64,000 bases of DNA from Vitrella brassicaformis CCMP3155. Taxonomy: Eukaryota; Protista; Chromerida. Positions 36,841-52,513 of this stretch are shown here, piece after piece. Positions within the stretch are counted from its first letter, which is position 1. Each line of letters opens with the position of its first letter. The translations under genes were made by a program, and so were the position numbers. The stretch lies in the NCBI GenBank assembly GCA_001179505.1, contig CDMY01000476.1:5465-69464 (forward strand), in the 5' to 3' direction. The notes under the pieces were generated by a model. It was not told the DNA's origin, did not search any database, and saw nothing but the letters and a program-made list of their open reading frames with translations.

Positions 36841-39570
36841 CTACAGGCCGTGCCAGCACTTCTTGTGCGGCACGACCGACACCTCCACCTGGTGCAGCAG
36901 GCTGGACTGCTGGCACATGGGCCCCATGACGTGCTCCTCGAGTGTGGTGGAGGTGGTGACGGGGATCTTGGGTGGGGGGCCCTGGCTGGCGCGCTTGAGC
37001 TCCTTCAACTTGCTGCACACACGCAGCGCAGAGAGAGACCACATGCAATCAAGGCATAATTGGTGGATGGATGGCGTGGGGCGCCCATGACTGAGTGAGT
37101 GAGGGAGTGGCTGACCGACCGCTTGGCGATGTCTCCGAGGTAGACGGCGGCGTACTTTGGCTTGAAGACGTCACTGTCCGCCAGGCGCCTCCCCTTCTCA
37201 CGGGTCACGTACACCTCCACGATGGGCGGCGCGAAGGTGGTAGGGGGGCGGCTGGAGCCCTGAGCACGCACCTGGAGCTGCTCAACCCACAAACCAAGCT
37301 CGGCCTGAGAGGGAGGGGACAGGACACACACACACACACACACACACACATTCACACGGTCGCAGCGGAAGGGTGGGTGGGGTGGGGAGGGGTGGGCGCT
37401 TACGCAGGACAGTATCGTCGTATTTTTCGGTATCTTGGTGACAAAGCTGTCCGTCACGGTGGCCGCCACCCGCACCACGTCAAACATCGACTGCATTAAG
37501 CGGACCATCCATCCATCCATAGGCGTGTGGTGTGCCGTGTTTCTCTCTGTGTGTTGTGCTTATCGGATGCATTGCAATGCATACCAGGCTGCCGTCGGCC
37601 ATGTGGGCGAGATCGTAGGTCTTCTGAGTCAGATATCGACGGCCGCCCCAGGGGGGGTCGATGACGGCCTGCACAGCACAAACACATCCGCATGATGGAC
37701 GGACGTGTTGGCCTCTGTGCAGATGGGTGGGTTGGTGAGTATGTCGTGTGTCGACTGACTGACCAGGTCGGCCTTGAAGTCGTAGTTGTCCTACCGGTCT
37801 ACTACGGACTCGTAGTCCTCGGGCAGGGCAATGACGGGCTCCACACCTGCACACCCATCCACACACACACACAAACACACACAGGGTGGTGGTGAGCGAG
37901 GGGTCTGTCTCTTCCTTCGTTGTATATTGCTACCGTATTGTTTGGTGTTGTGCTCGAGTATCTCCACGTGCTCGGCTTCCTTATCCATACTATACACGCT
38001 GAGGCCCTCTCGCAACATTGCTATGGTATCCCCCCCTGCGCACACACACATACACAAGCACGACACACGAGGCATTCCGTCAGTCACATGTAGTGGATGT
38101 ATGCGTGTGTGCCATTTGTGTGTGTACTGTATTATGTGTGTGTACCTGCCCCAGCAAAAAGGTCGACCACTGTGCCCTTGGGGTATAGCTGGCTGCAGCT
38201 GGCCGCCTGGTGGAGGGCGATGGCCTCTGGACTGATACTATATCTGGTCCACACACATACAACATGCACATCCATGGACCCTCTTCTTCGCCTCCCTCCC
38301 TCCCTCCCTCCCATGTGTGTCGTGTCGCTCCCTTACGTCATCTCGTCATTCAGTTTGATAGGCCTGGTCGCCAGCCATCGCTGTCTCGCCTCCTTGCCCT
38401 TCCCAGCCGGTCCCTCTATGATTATTACCTTCACGAACACCGAACCCTGCACAGCCACTCGGTGGGCGGCCTCGATGGCCTCCAGCTCCTGGCGCGTCGC
38501 CAGCCACATGGCGGAGGTCGTGGCGGGGTCGGGCCATGTGGTGGTCATGGCTGAGTTGGTGGCCGGTGCGGCCGTCTGGTCTCCCGCCTTCTGCAGCACC
38601 GTCGCCTCCCGGGCCATACCCTCCTGCAACTCCCTGCACACATCAACACACATTCACACGGACTCGTTTGTGCAAGTGTATAAAGTGAAAGGCTCGTTTA
38701 GCTTGTGAATGTGTACCGCTTGGCCGCCTCGATGCGCTGTATGTAGGTAACCATGGCCTCTGCCTCCCTCCCTTGCTGACTCTGCACATACCCACACGCC
38801 ATGCCACGATAGGCACACGGAGAGATGGATGAATGTCATGGATGTGCCGGTGCAGACGTGTGTGTGTGTTGGGGGTTAGTGGGGGGGTGGGGGGGTGGCG
38901 TACGCACCTCGGCCTTCGGTGTGGCGGTGACGGGCACCTCGTTGCCGTCGGGGAACATGCAGGTGCTCTTGCCGTGCATCTTGCCGTTGACCCCGTCGCT
39001 CTCGTACTCCACCACGTTGTCCTTGGCGCTCACGGGCGTCTCCGCGCCCTCGCCGTGGCCCTTGTCGTTGCGCCACTGGCCCTGGTACACGTCACCCTCG
39101 AAGTAGCGGTAGGTCCCCCGGCCGTGCATCGTGCCGTCCACCCAGTCGCCCTCGCACTCGGCTCCTTTCTGGTAGGTCAGCTTGCCCTCGCCGTTGATGC
39201 GGCCGTGCTCCCACTGGCCCTCGTAGCGGTTGCCGCTCGCAAACAGCGCCGTGCCGTGGCCGTGGATGCGGTCGTCGACCCACTGACCCTCGAACAACTC
39301 ACCCTCGTCCTCGTACTTCTCGTGCCCTGCACACCACACCACACCACACCACACCATGACACGTGGACCGATGGATGGATGGATGGATTTGTTCCCGTGT
39401 GCTCGTGTTACTGGCTCACCGTTGTGTTTGATGACAGAGCCGTCGGCCAGCATGAGATCAGCCTTAAGGAACGCGGCCGGCGGCGGGCTCTTGGGCACCA
39501 GCTCGGCGACTAGCATGTCCATGATAGACATTGGTGGCTCCTCGTCCTCCGCCTGCACGCGGCCATTCAG
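36841..39570 (-). CDS. Chimeric protein: MORN repeats fused to a TGS1-like RNA-cap guanine-N2 methyltransferase domain; 5' end may extend toward 40366
   Basis: The MORN exon (38908-39327) has 4-5 FEGQWVDDRIHGHG-type repeats. The TGS1-like part reads IKLNDEMTYSISPEAIA, VVDLFAGAGGDTIAM..MDKE..LEHNTKQYG, IDPPWGG, FVTKIPKN, YAAVYLGD. By eye, the GT-AG joins keep a single frame. Confidence 0.78.
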
Positions 39571-40412
39571 AGAGAGAGAGAGAGAGAAGATGAAATGCGG
39601 CCCGAGAGTGGGGGAGATGGGCAGAGGGTGACGTGTACAGCTGGGTGACATAGAAATGTGCGCTTTTCCTGACCATCTTGGTGTTGGTTTGTGTGTCGTT
39701 CGGCCTCCCTATCCCTCTCATCAGATACCCCCACAGTCCCCTGCCAGACAGCACGCGGCAGCCACTTGAGGAACGGAGTGCACCACCTGGCCTTGCTCTC
39801 GCCTCACCTGACGTAATCCATCTGTATCCTTATCTGTATCAATCACTCAGTCAGACAGACCTGCACCACACAGCACACAGACAGCAAAGGCACTCATTCG
39901 GCGTCACGTCCGATGCAGTGCAGCGCCACACATCATCATGATGGCGTGAATGCAGGAAAGAGATGTCAGCGGCCTTTTCCCCTTTGGCCCCTCCGAATAC
40001 TCACCGTTATGGTCTCCTCTCTCGCCTACGAGGGCTCACTCTACTCGGGCTCACTCGCCGCTGAAGGTTTTTATGCTGCTGAAAGGCGCACTGGCAGTTG
40101 GCGCGCTCGATGTCATCTCTCGTTTTCAGCAGCCAGAAGCTTAATTTGCTCTGCAGCCGCGGTGACCTGGGGAAAGGCGCGATCGCGATCATCCGTGAAA
40201 TCGCTCTCTTTGGAGAGGCAGTTTCGCGTGACGGTGGAGGCCTCGCCACGCTTCGTCGGTGCTCATTCTCCACAGCTGTGTTTGGCTGGATCGCCGACAG
40301 CGGCATCAACGAAGGGACGGTGCAGCCACTGATTAGCTGCTGATCCGCGTCTTGGTCGTTGGCCAAACAGAGAAGGGTCTGTCTGTCTGTTCAACGAAGT
40401 GTGTCAGAGGCC

Positions 40413-43480
<3,068 letters not shown>

Positions 43481-43879
43481 TGGGGTGCGATGGGGCGAAT
43501 GGTGCGGTGTGGGCGGTTCTGGTTGGTGTGGGTAAGTGTTCGTACGTTCGTTCGGGTGCGCGTTGGCCATGTCAGGTTTCAGTCAGCGCTGTATGTATGC
43601 TGTGCCGTACCTACCGTCCCCCCCGCGCACACACGTGCGGGGCGCGGGGCGCTCTTTTTGTCGGTGTACTTTGCCGCTTAATGAAGGGAGGAAAGGGTGT
43701 TGCTTGAATTGAAGAGTGAATGGTGTACTTGTAAGTGGGTCCGTCAGTCCGAGTGCCGGTGTGGGTATGGTATGTGCCTGTCGGTGTGTATCTGTCTGTC
43801 TGTCTGTCTGTGGCGGCCCTTGCACTGCATTGCAGCCTGACGTTCCGGCGCATGCACATGATCGTGGGTGGATGCGTGT

Positions 43880-43925
43880 GTGTGTGAAGTGAAGGTCAGG
43901 CGGTGTGTGAAGTGAAGGTCAGGCG
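43880..43925. repeat. Tandem duplication of ~23 bp
   Basis: gtgtgtgaagtgaaggtcaggcg occurs twice in a row. Confidence 0.85.
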
Positions 43926-44299
43926 GTGATGGTGTCAATCAATCGGACTGACTGTGTGATGGTGAGGGGTCAATCGGACATCGAATGGACGGACTGCAGG
44001 TTTTGCGTGTCTAATTGGAGATGAACTCTCGCTCGATGACGATGCATGCCCTCATTTGGTTTCAGCCTTGTCAGGTCGATCACACTGCGCTCAGTCATTG
44101 CATCCTGGTCATGGTGCTGAAAAAAAGGCCGACCTAAACCACATACACTCACTGATGGGCCACATGTCACGCGCACTATTAGAATGCGAACAATAAGGAA
44201 GAGACACACACAGTAGGAAGCCCCCCATCCCCCTCCCTCCCTCCCTCATATCCCTCTTTCCCTCATACGCCCACCCTATACCGATCATCCCCAGGGACC

Positions 44300-45460
44300 T
44301 TCTCACCCACCGCCTCTCTTCATCTTGAACAACACCACAGGGCTCGACGACAGAAACTGCTCGCCGATCGGAGAGCGAAAGCCGTCCTCAATGCCCTCTG
44401 CGCCTTCCTCCTCCTCCTCCCGTTGGTCGTGCAAAAGGTGTGGGTGGCTCAGAATAGGTGAGGGAGTCGACACGGGAGATGCTGTACTCATGTGGTTGTG
44501 CCTGCTGCTGCAGATGGTGGTGTGGTTGGGCGTGCTGCTGCGGGAGAGGGTGCTGAGCCGACGGCCTCATGTGGTGTGCTGTGGCTGGCGGACGAAGACG
44601 CGACAGTGCTGCTCCACCGCCTTGTCGATTCCGTGTTCCAGCAGGTCATCGTCGAGCGGTGGCGGCAGAGGATAGGCCGCTAGCAGCCCCGCCAGGATGT
44701 GGTTCAGCTGCCCGTGTCTTGAAGTACCTCTTCAGTGAAGGCGCCCCACCACTTGTCCCTGCGGCTTGCCGCCGCACACCATTTCCGCACCCCCAGGCGT
44801 CGTTCAGCTGGGTATTCCATCTGCCACATCAAGCAGCATAAGGTAGCCAGACAGGCAATTCCAATGAGACAGAGACCGATTCCGATGGACATGCTGCTTG
44901 GTGTGCCGTGTCTCTCCATGTGTGAGCGGGACTAACCGACCGATCCACCCACGCACCCACCCACCCACCTCTTTTCGCTGCAATATCTCCTCCTCATCGC
45001 GAGGCTTCCCCGTGCCGAAGATCGACGCTGTGCGGCCCCTAATACACACACACACACAGACAGACAGACAGACAGACAGACAGCTAGAGAGAGACTCAAA
45101 TGAGCGAGCACTGAAGAAGTGACTCACTGCCTGAGGAGCGATGCAGGTGTGTCGATGGGCCCCTTGGGTTTGTCGAGGTGGAGGTGCTGCACCGGGTGGA
45201 AGGGCTTGTCTTCCCCTGCTCCCGTCGCCCCGTGTGCCGACGACTCGGGGGTATTTCTTCGCTCAATCTTCGGAGCTCGCAAAACCGTTAAAAAGGCCGC
45301 GAAGGTCACCCGTCAGGTTCTCTCGGAGCTGAAAGAACTCCACCGGGTGGCAGCGAGGCTCAGCAAGGACCAGAACACCAAGCATTTCTCCCGGGGCGAG
45401 AAAGGAACACCGAATCGAGGGCGGCCGCCAGTGGCACCGGTGTCGATCTTGGCTTCGCAG
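44300..45460 (-). other. Unresolved region with coding-like fragments and splice-like sites; possibly a small minus-strand gene
   Basis: Short ORF pieces (TFAAFLTVLRAPKIERRN.., GRTASIFGTGKPRDEEEILQRKE, LNHILAGLLAAYPLPPPLDDDLLEHGIDKAVE) have (GT)/(GTCT) tracts oriented as in minus-strand introns. I could not assemble one consistent frame. Confidence 0.25.
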
Positions 45461-45462
45461 CG

Positions 45463-48405
45463 ATGACCTTCTCGTCCCCTCTCTCGTCGTGCGCCTCGGC
45501 GCTCCAGCGGGCGATGAAGAGGGTCCACCCCGGCCAGCTGAAGGACTTCATCCTCCTGATGCGGGATATCTACGGTGCGCCCTTCGTCACGCTGCTCACA
45601 AGTGTTTTCCTGGCGGTCAAGGGCATACTGTGGAGCTTCATCTGGCTCGGGCAGCTGCCGTAAGCAACCACCCTGGATCAGACATGTGTGTCTATCTGGC
45701 CGGCTGGTGGCTCGCTGGCTTTGGGTGGGTCGGATTGTTCTGATTGGCGCGGTCAGGTACTACAAGGAGATCGGCATCGATGGGTCGAGCTACCAGACAC
45801 TGTTCTTCGTCGCCTTGATGCCATGGGCGATGAAGGGTACGTAGAATGAGGGAGGGGGGACAGGAGTTCAGACACCTTGCTTGTATCGTGGTGGTGTTGG
45901 TCTCTGGATCGATCAAAGGGTTGTTTGGAGTGATGAGCGACGTGCAGCCGTTGTTCGGGTATCACAAACGGCCCTATCTGGTGATCGGCGCCATCTCAGC
46001 CACTGCCGCAGCCCTCCTGCTGGCGGTCCTGCCGAGAGATGGTGAGACACACCATGCGTGGATGGGAAGGGGGTTTCTCCAGCCGCACTGGACTGACTGT
46101 TCTTCGTTCAGTTGCTCGCGCCACGCCTCAGATCGGCGCACTTGGGTTCTTCTTCGTGAGCGTCGGAGTGGCCATCATTGACCTCCTCGTCGAAGGTAAG
46201 GCAACCAAAACGACATGACCGCGTTGATGCTGCCAACCAACCCACCCACCCACCTTGGTTGTGTGTCTCAGCCAAGTATGCGGAGATCATGCGGCAGAAG
46301 CACCTGGCTGCACTGGCCGGCGGGACGCCCCAGCTGGCGGTTAAGGACCGCACCGACGGCCCCGTCCCCTCAGAGATAGAAACCGTCACTGCCACGCCAC
46401 AAAGGTTTGACAACAAAAGGTGGGGATGGCGACCGCATCTCCATGTCTCTGTTGGTGTGTGTATGTGCAGTGTGGAGGGATCAACGGCAGTTGAGGTGGC
46501 AGACAGTGAGGGCGACAGCACGGACAAAGACCCGGCGAGCAAGGTCGTCACCTATGTGTGGATGTGCACCATCGTGGGCTGGTTCCTGGCGTCCTGCATG
46601 ATCGGCCCCATCGCGGACAACTTCAGCGTGCAGCTGGTCTTCTGCGTGGGGCCCTTCCTCGCCGCCCAGGTGCTCATTCCGATTCTCAAGGGGTACCTGC
46701 CCGAGACACGGCTCCCACCAGGGGAGGCCAACAAGTTCCAGCGAGACAAGTTCCAGAAGGGCAAGGCGGTCTTTGGCCTCGCCTTCGCTACGGCCGTTGT
46801 CGCACTGGCACTGGCTCTTGCCGGTGAGGGGAGGGCATTGTCGCGGCGGCGGGCATTGAGTGGAGTGATGTCGTGTTTTTGCAGGGCTGGTGGGTCCGCC
46901 TGAGACCAAATTGGCGGTTGCGGTGGGGGGCTCCTTGATCCTGCTGCCTCTGGCGTTTCGAGTGCTGCCCTGGAGACTGGCGTGTGTTAACGTGTACCTC
47001 TTCGTCTCAGGTGGGTACATAACATATCAGCTGATTTGATTGTCGGTGGCGGGACGGGCGAATTGACTGATATATACCTTCGCGCACCGCACCTGCTGTC
47101 CATGCGATGCGATGCGTGTGTCTGCAGAGGCGCTGTATGTGTCTCTGCAAGGCGCGACTGACTACTGGTACACAGCGGGGCCTGAGTGCGTGCCGGGGGG
47201 ACCTCATTTCACGTGGGTATCACTACTAGTGATTGTTGGCTGCGGGCGAATTGGCTATCCCTTTGGCGTATGTGTTTGTTAACACAGCTACACCTACTAT
47301 CAGTCCTTCGCGCACATTGGTGAGCTAGCTACCTATAGCCCGCAAAACACCTCATTGATTGGGATTGGGATGCGGCCCTTCCCTCCCCTGACTGACATGC
47401 AGTGTCAACATTTGGGTGCATGTTGGGTCTGTTTTTCTTCCACTCCTTCATCCGCAACTGGCGCATGCGGAAGGCCTTCTGGGCGACGACCATCATCAAG
47501 ACGGCCGCGTGCAGCCTCGACATCTTCATTTTGCTCCGGTGGAACGTCCGCGTGGGCATCCCCGACAAGGTGGCCTTCATCTTCGGCGACGCCATGCTGC
47601 CGTCCATCGTGTGGCTGATGGAGTACATGCCCGGCCAGCTGCTCGTCTCGAAACTCGCACCGCCCGACATGTAAGTGCGGTGTGGAGGGAGAGATATGGA
47701 GGGAGGGGGGGAGCGAGGGCACTGGTTTGTGTACCCGTGTGAATGTGTGTGTCGGCAGGGAGAGCACCACTTTTGCCATTTTGGAAGGCTTCCGTATGTT
47801 CGGGTCAACGGTCAGCCGCGCCGTGGGTGTCTACGTGATCAACCAGGCCGGCATCAAGACCACGGTAACTTACTTAACCCAACCAAACCATATATCCAAA
47901 CACAACACCGCATGAAGCGGGCGGGAATTCGACACTTTGATGTGTCCTTCCTCGTCCGTCTTGTGTCTGTCTGCAGCCGCCCGGTTGCGACTTCAGCGCC
48001 TTGCCTTTGCTGGTGGTCATCTGCCATATGGCGCTGCCTCTCATCGCCATCCCCCTCACATTCGTCCTCATCCCCAACAAGTACTTCCACGACCCTCTCG
48101 TCGACGTCGCCAAACCCCCGCCCGCCGCCGATGAGACGCAGGAGTCGTCATCCGGCAAGATCGAGATGGCGGCGGGGACAGACGCGACGACCCATGACAA
48201 GGGCGATGCCGAGGTGAAGGAGTACGCGAGAGCTGACTCCGTGCTGACCATCAGTACGACGCACACGCGCCAGGTGGCGTGTGGCGGGGGAGAGGAGGAA
48301 GGGGAGAGGGACAGGGAGGGGGAGAGCTGTGTTGACGTCGACATATCGTCTTCGGCGGAATCGTCATCGCATGCCCCCACCTCCACACCCACACCGGCGG
48401 GCTAG
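45463..48405 (+). CDS. BT1 family folate/biopterin transporter
   Basis: ALMPWAMKG..LFGVMSDVQPLFGYHKRPYL, DLLVE(A)KYAEIMR, LVSKLAPPD..ESTTFAILEGFRMFG are BT1/FBT family motifs, and the protein has many hydrophobic segments. Confidence 0.9.
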
Positions 48406-49303
48406 ACTACACCACACCACACAGACGGCCGCCCGAAACTCATCTGGGAGGGGAGGGAAGTGGGGGAACGGCTGGGGGGCTTGTGGGGTGTCATGTCGAT
48501 ATGATACGGGACCGGATTGAGGGTCACATGTTTGTAGTGACGTGATTGCCGCCCGTTACATTGATGAGCGCTGTTGATGTGGTGTGGCAGGGCAGGCAGT
48601 GTCTCGAAGAGACGCCAGTGAACGGATGGATGCGTGCAATGACATGACATGATGATGTGACCATGGCCAGGTCATGATGTGTTTCCTTCCTGTCAGTCGG
48701 AGCAAGCACAGCGGCGACGCGCTTGACACTGCTTTTTTGCCGTCAGGTGGATGGATGGATGGATGGCAGAGAGATTTATGCGTTGTCTATGTGTGTGTGT
48801 GTGTGTGGATAGATAGCGTAGCATCCTGTCGATGTCGTCCGTACGCAGAGAGAGAGACAGACAGAGGGAGAGAGAGGGATGTGTCGATCTTCCTCCATTC
48901 ACACAGAGTGTTGTGCGCATGACGGCGCAACGCTCTCATTTCATAGCTGTACATCCCATCCATCTGCGATGGCTGTGTGTATCCCGTCCGTTCTAGTGAG
49001 CACATTTGAAGTGAAGGAAGCATAGCATCTGGTGGAGTGGAAGGGCATTCAGCTGCTCAGAATGTCCGGCTGAGCTGACGACGACAGTCTTGTCTGCCTG
49101 CCTGTACACCACATACACAAAAGGGAAACATGAGTAGCCAACCCATCTGTCCATCGCATCGACCAAGCCAACATGCGTCGGTGCGACACACCGGGCGATA
49201 CACATACGCACATAGCACTAAATCGGCATGCCCCTCTCTCCCTCCACCCCTCCATCCATTTATCCAGCCGCCCACACTCAGCCACACGCATATCGACCTG
49301 CCT

Positions 49304-52110
49304 TCAGCTCCCCTGTGAGCCCCACTCCTCCCCACTCTCATTATCTTCATCTTCTTCAACATACGCCTCGTAGTTCTGATGCCACTCATCGTGGGAGTCC
49401 ATGTCCCCATCCTCCTTGGTCATCTTGTCCAGCTCCCCCCTGGTAATGAATCTCGGCAGCCGCTTCTGCCCGCTCATGCGGATGCGGCGCAGGGCCTTGG
49501 TAGGCCGGGACGACACCTCCCACCGGTAGTTCTCCGCCTGGGTCCGCCGCACCGCCTCCTCGCTGTTGCGTATCGTCAGGCTGCGATCCATCCCGCCATC
49601 ACGGCCCTTACGCGGATCTGCAGACACGAACAGACACACGGGGCGGGAGGAGTGGGCATCATGTGTATGTGTGTTTGGACTGACCGAAAATGGCTTTGGT
49701 GACGCCGTCGCCGCCCAGTATCCTGAGCGGCATGAGCCCCCTGTGCCGCAAAGCCACCTCGAGCAGGATGAGCACGTAGGCGTCGAGGGCGGCGTAGTGC
49801 CGCTGAGTGTCCGAGAGGGGCCTGAAGTTCCAGTTGGACAGCTGCGGGGCCTTGTCCAGGTGGCCACCCAGGAAGTCGACACACATCTCGCTCAGCGTCC
49901 CCAGCTCCACCAGCCTCTCGTGTTCGGCCTCGTGGTCCTTCAGCCTCCCCTCTCTCTCCCTCTCCATCACACGGCTCCCGCGAATGCTCCTCGGGTAATG
50001 CCGCCGCAGGTACCACTCGTCGCGCACGGATCTGGGCACTTTCATGTCGGCAGAGGGGCCGCCGATGGTGCCCTTGACGCGGATCTGCTGCTGCGCGTCG
50101 TGCAGCGACTGCTGGTGCAGGTCTGTGGCTCGCTGGAGGAGGGAGAAGTCGTGCGTCTCGAGGGCCTGTGTCAGGAGGTCTTGCACGTCGTGGATGGGCT
50201 CGGGCTCCTCTGGAAAGCTCACGCGAAATGTCTCTCTCCGGGGATCCCTGAAGCACCCACAGCACCCACAAGAGGCAACAGACAAAGCAATACACAAGAG
50301 GTGAGCGCCACCCTGTGGATGGATGGTACCATCACACTGACTGACTGACTTGAGGTCGACAAAGTTGGTGAGAGTGTTTAGGAGGCCGACGTCTTCCATG
50401 GCCACACACAGCCGCTGGTAGTCGATTTGGAACTGGTACCCCACCTTGAGGATGTGCGGGTTGGTGAGCGTCCACCGCAGCAGCTGAAACTCCATCGACC
50501 GGTACAGCTCCGACCGGTTGTTGAGGTCCAGCAGGAACACCTCGCTCGGCGTGGCCAGCTGCACCAGCGAAGCCCACTGCGGCGGGCTCCACTCGACGTC
50601 CAGCCCCACCATGTCCACCTGCCCCTCCTTCATGAACCGAAACACCGCACTCAGCTCGCTCGGCGTGTCGATGAAGTGCACCTTCTCGTCGGGCAAAGGC
50701 AGCTCCAGCGGACCCACCCCACCACCAGCCGCTACCCCGCCGCTTTTCATTGCTCGCCGTCTGGCCGCCCGCACCCCCTGCGCACCGGCGTGCCAGTGGA
50801 TGACTTTTGATTGCGGGTCGAAGTCCTTGGCGGCCCGGAAGCGGGCGCTCAGCTGGCGGCTCTCGCCGGGGGGCGCCAGCCACGACGCCACCACTGCATT
50901 CTCGGTGGTGTCCTCGTCTGTCCTTCTCGTGCCGCGCAGTGGCTGCCTTTTCCGCTGGAAGTGTAGGAAGCGAAGAAGGGCCCTCTCGGCGTGGCCGAAG
51001 CGGGTCACACGACGGATCGAGTCGGTCACGAACGCGTCTTGCTCCTCTCTGGGCCTTTCAGCACTCTGCCCCTCGCTCTCTCCTGTCGCTTGGTCTGTCG
51101 CCGTGGCGCCCTCCTGGCTCGCCTGTTGGTCTCCCGCGATGCGCGGCATGGCTGTTTCATCCCCTTCTGGCGGCAGTGAGGGTCTCGCAGCGGGGTCGAA
51201 TAGCCACCGGTAGTCCTCCTTCAGCAGCATGGTGAGCACCGAGTCTGCGGGGATGAGATGTGGCTCTGCCAGGGCCTTCTCGATGTGCAGTGCGTGGGCG
51301 AAGCTCCAGGCGTCCCGCAGCAGGCCCGTGTGTTGGCTCCTGGCCTTGAGGCGCTGCAAGGCGTCGATGAGTAGGGGGAAGGACCGCAGGTTGGCCAGGA
51401 AGTAGAGCAGGGCGTGGAGCGAGTGGCGGCGGATGGTGAGGTCCAGCAGCTTCCCGAGCGTCCATGGGCTGCCGCCGATGCCCTCGTCCAGACTCTCCAT
51501 GTCCACACCAACACACCAACACACACACACACACACGAGAAATGCACATGTGTTGGTCAGTGTGACTCTGACTCTGATTCTGACCCACTTACTTTGATGG
51601 GATGGAACAGGAACGCCAGCTGCAGGGCCTCATAGATGCGCGGGGGCTGTATCCCCCTCCCAAGCCGCCGCGGGCTGGTGAGGAAGGTCAGCAGGAGGTC
51701 GATGTTGCTCGCCTGCAGGAGGCCGCCCTTGACGGGCTCCCGCAAGTGCAGGTCGTCCAGCAGCCTCAAGAAAGCCCCGGGGCCCACCACATCCAGCAGC
51801 CGATTGATGTCGATGCGCTGGAAAGAGTCAGGATTCAGCGAAATGAACCTGCAAGCGTTCGTTCATCAGACTGATAAAGGCCACGCCCTGTTCCGTCGCT
51901 TGCTGTCTGCCATCCATCTGACCTGGCGAAGCTCTCGAGGACGGTGCGTTTGAGTCTGGCTCTGCGGCCCGTGCGTATGGTTGGCGAGATGCGGTGGAAG
52001 ATGGCGGGGTTGAGGATCCCGAAGACCAGCTCGGCGCCCGGCTGCACGTGGTGCTTCTCAAACAGCAGACTGCACGAAGTGTACACGTCAGACTGAAACG
52101 CCTCTATTCT

Positions 52111-52143
<33 letters not shown>

Positions 52144-52513
52144 GAAAGCACCACACCAGCAAATAAATCCCATCGCACCTCTGCTTGGTCTCTTCGGCGT
52201 CCTCCGTGCCCTCGAGCGCATCAAGCGCCTGGAATATGAGGTTTGCGGCGATCTCCTCTGTCCGCCCCTGGGCACACAGCCTCGGGAGCAGCTCGTAGAG
52301 CTTGGCGCCATGGTGGATGGTGAAGCGCTCTCTGGCTGGGGTGGCGGGGCGGACGTGTTTGGTCATCTCCACGTTCCGACGCAGTGCAGGGGGCAGGTCG
52401 ACGGGAAACAGGGGCTTGTGCCGGCCTGCGGTGGGCGGCTGTTGATGATGCTGCTGACTGTGGTGCTGGCCAGGGCGGAGAGAGGCCGTCAGGCGAACGA
52501 TGCTGCGACGCAT
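49304..52513 (-). CDS. DEDDy 3'-5' exonuclease (EXD3/Mut-7 or WRN-exo-like); start may lie further upstream (to ~52873)
   Basis: ExoI VGLDVEW, ASLVQLAT..VFLLDL, ExoII KVGYQFQID..NFVDL, then LSEMCVDFLGGHLDKAPQLSNWNFRPLSDTQRHYAALDAY (ExoIII). Confidence 0.88.

Noticed and set aside
38875-38900. G-run (gggggggtgggggggtgg) as a regulatory G-quadruplex
   Set aside because: It is a short intronic low-complexity tract, similar G/GT runs are common in these introns, and there is no specific support.
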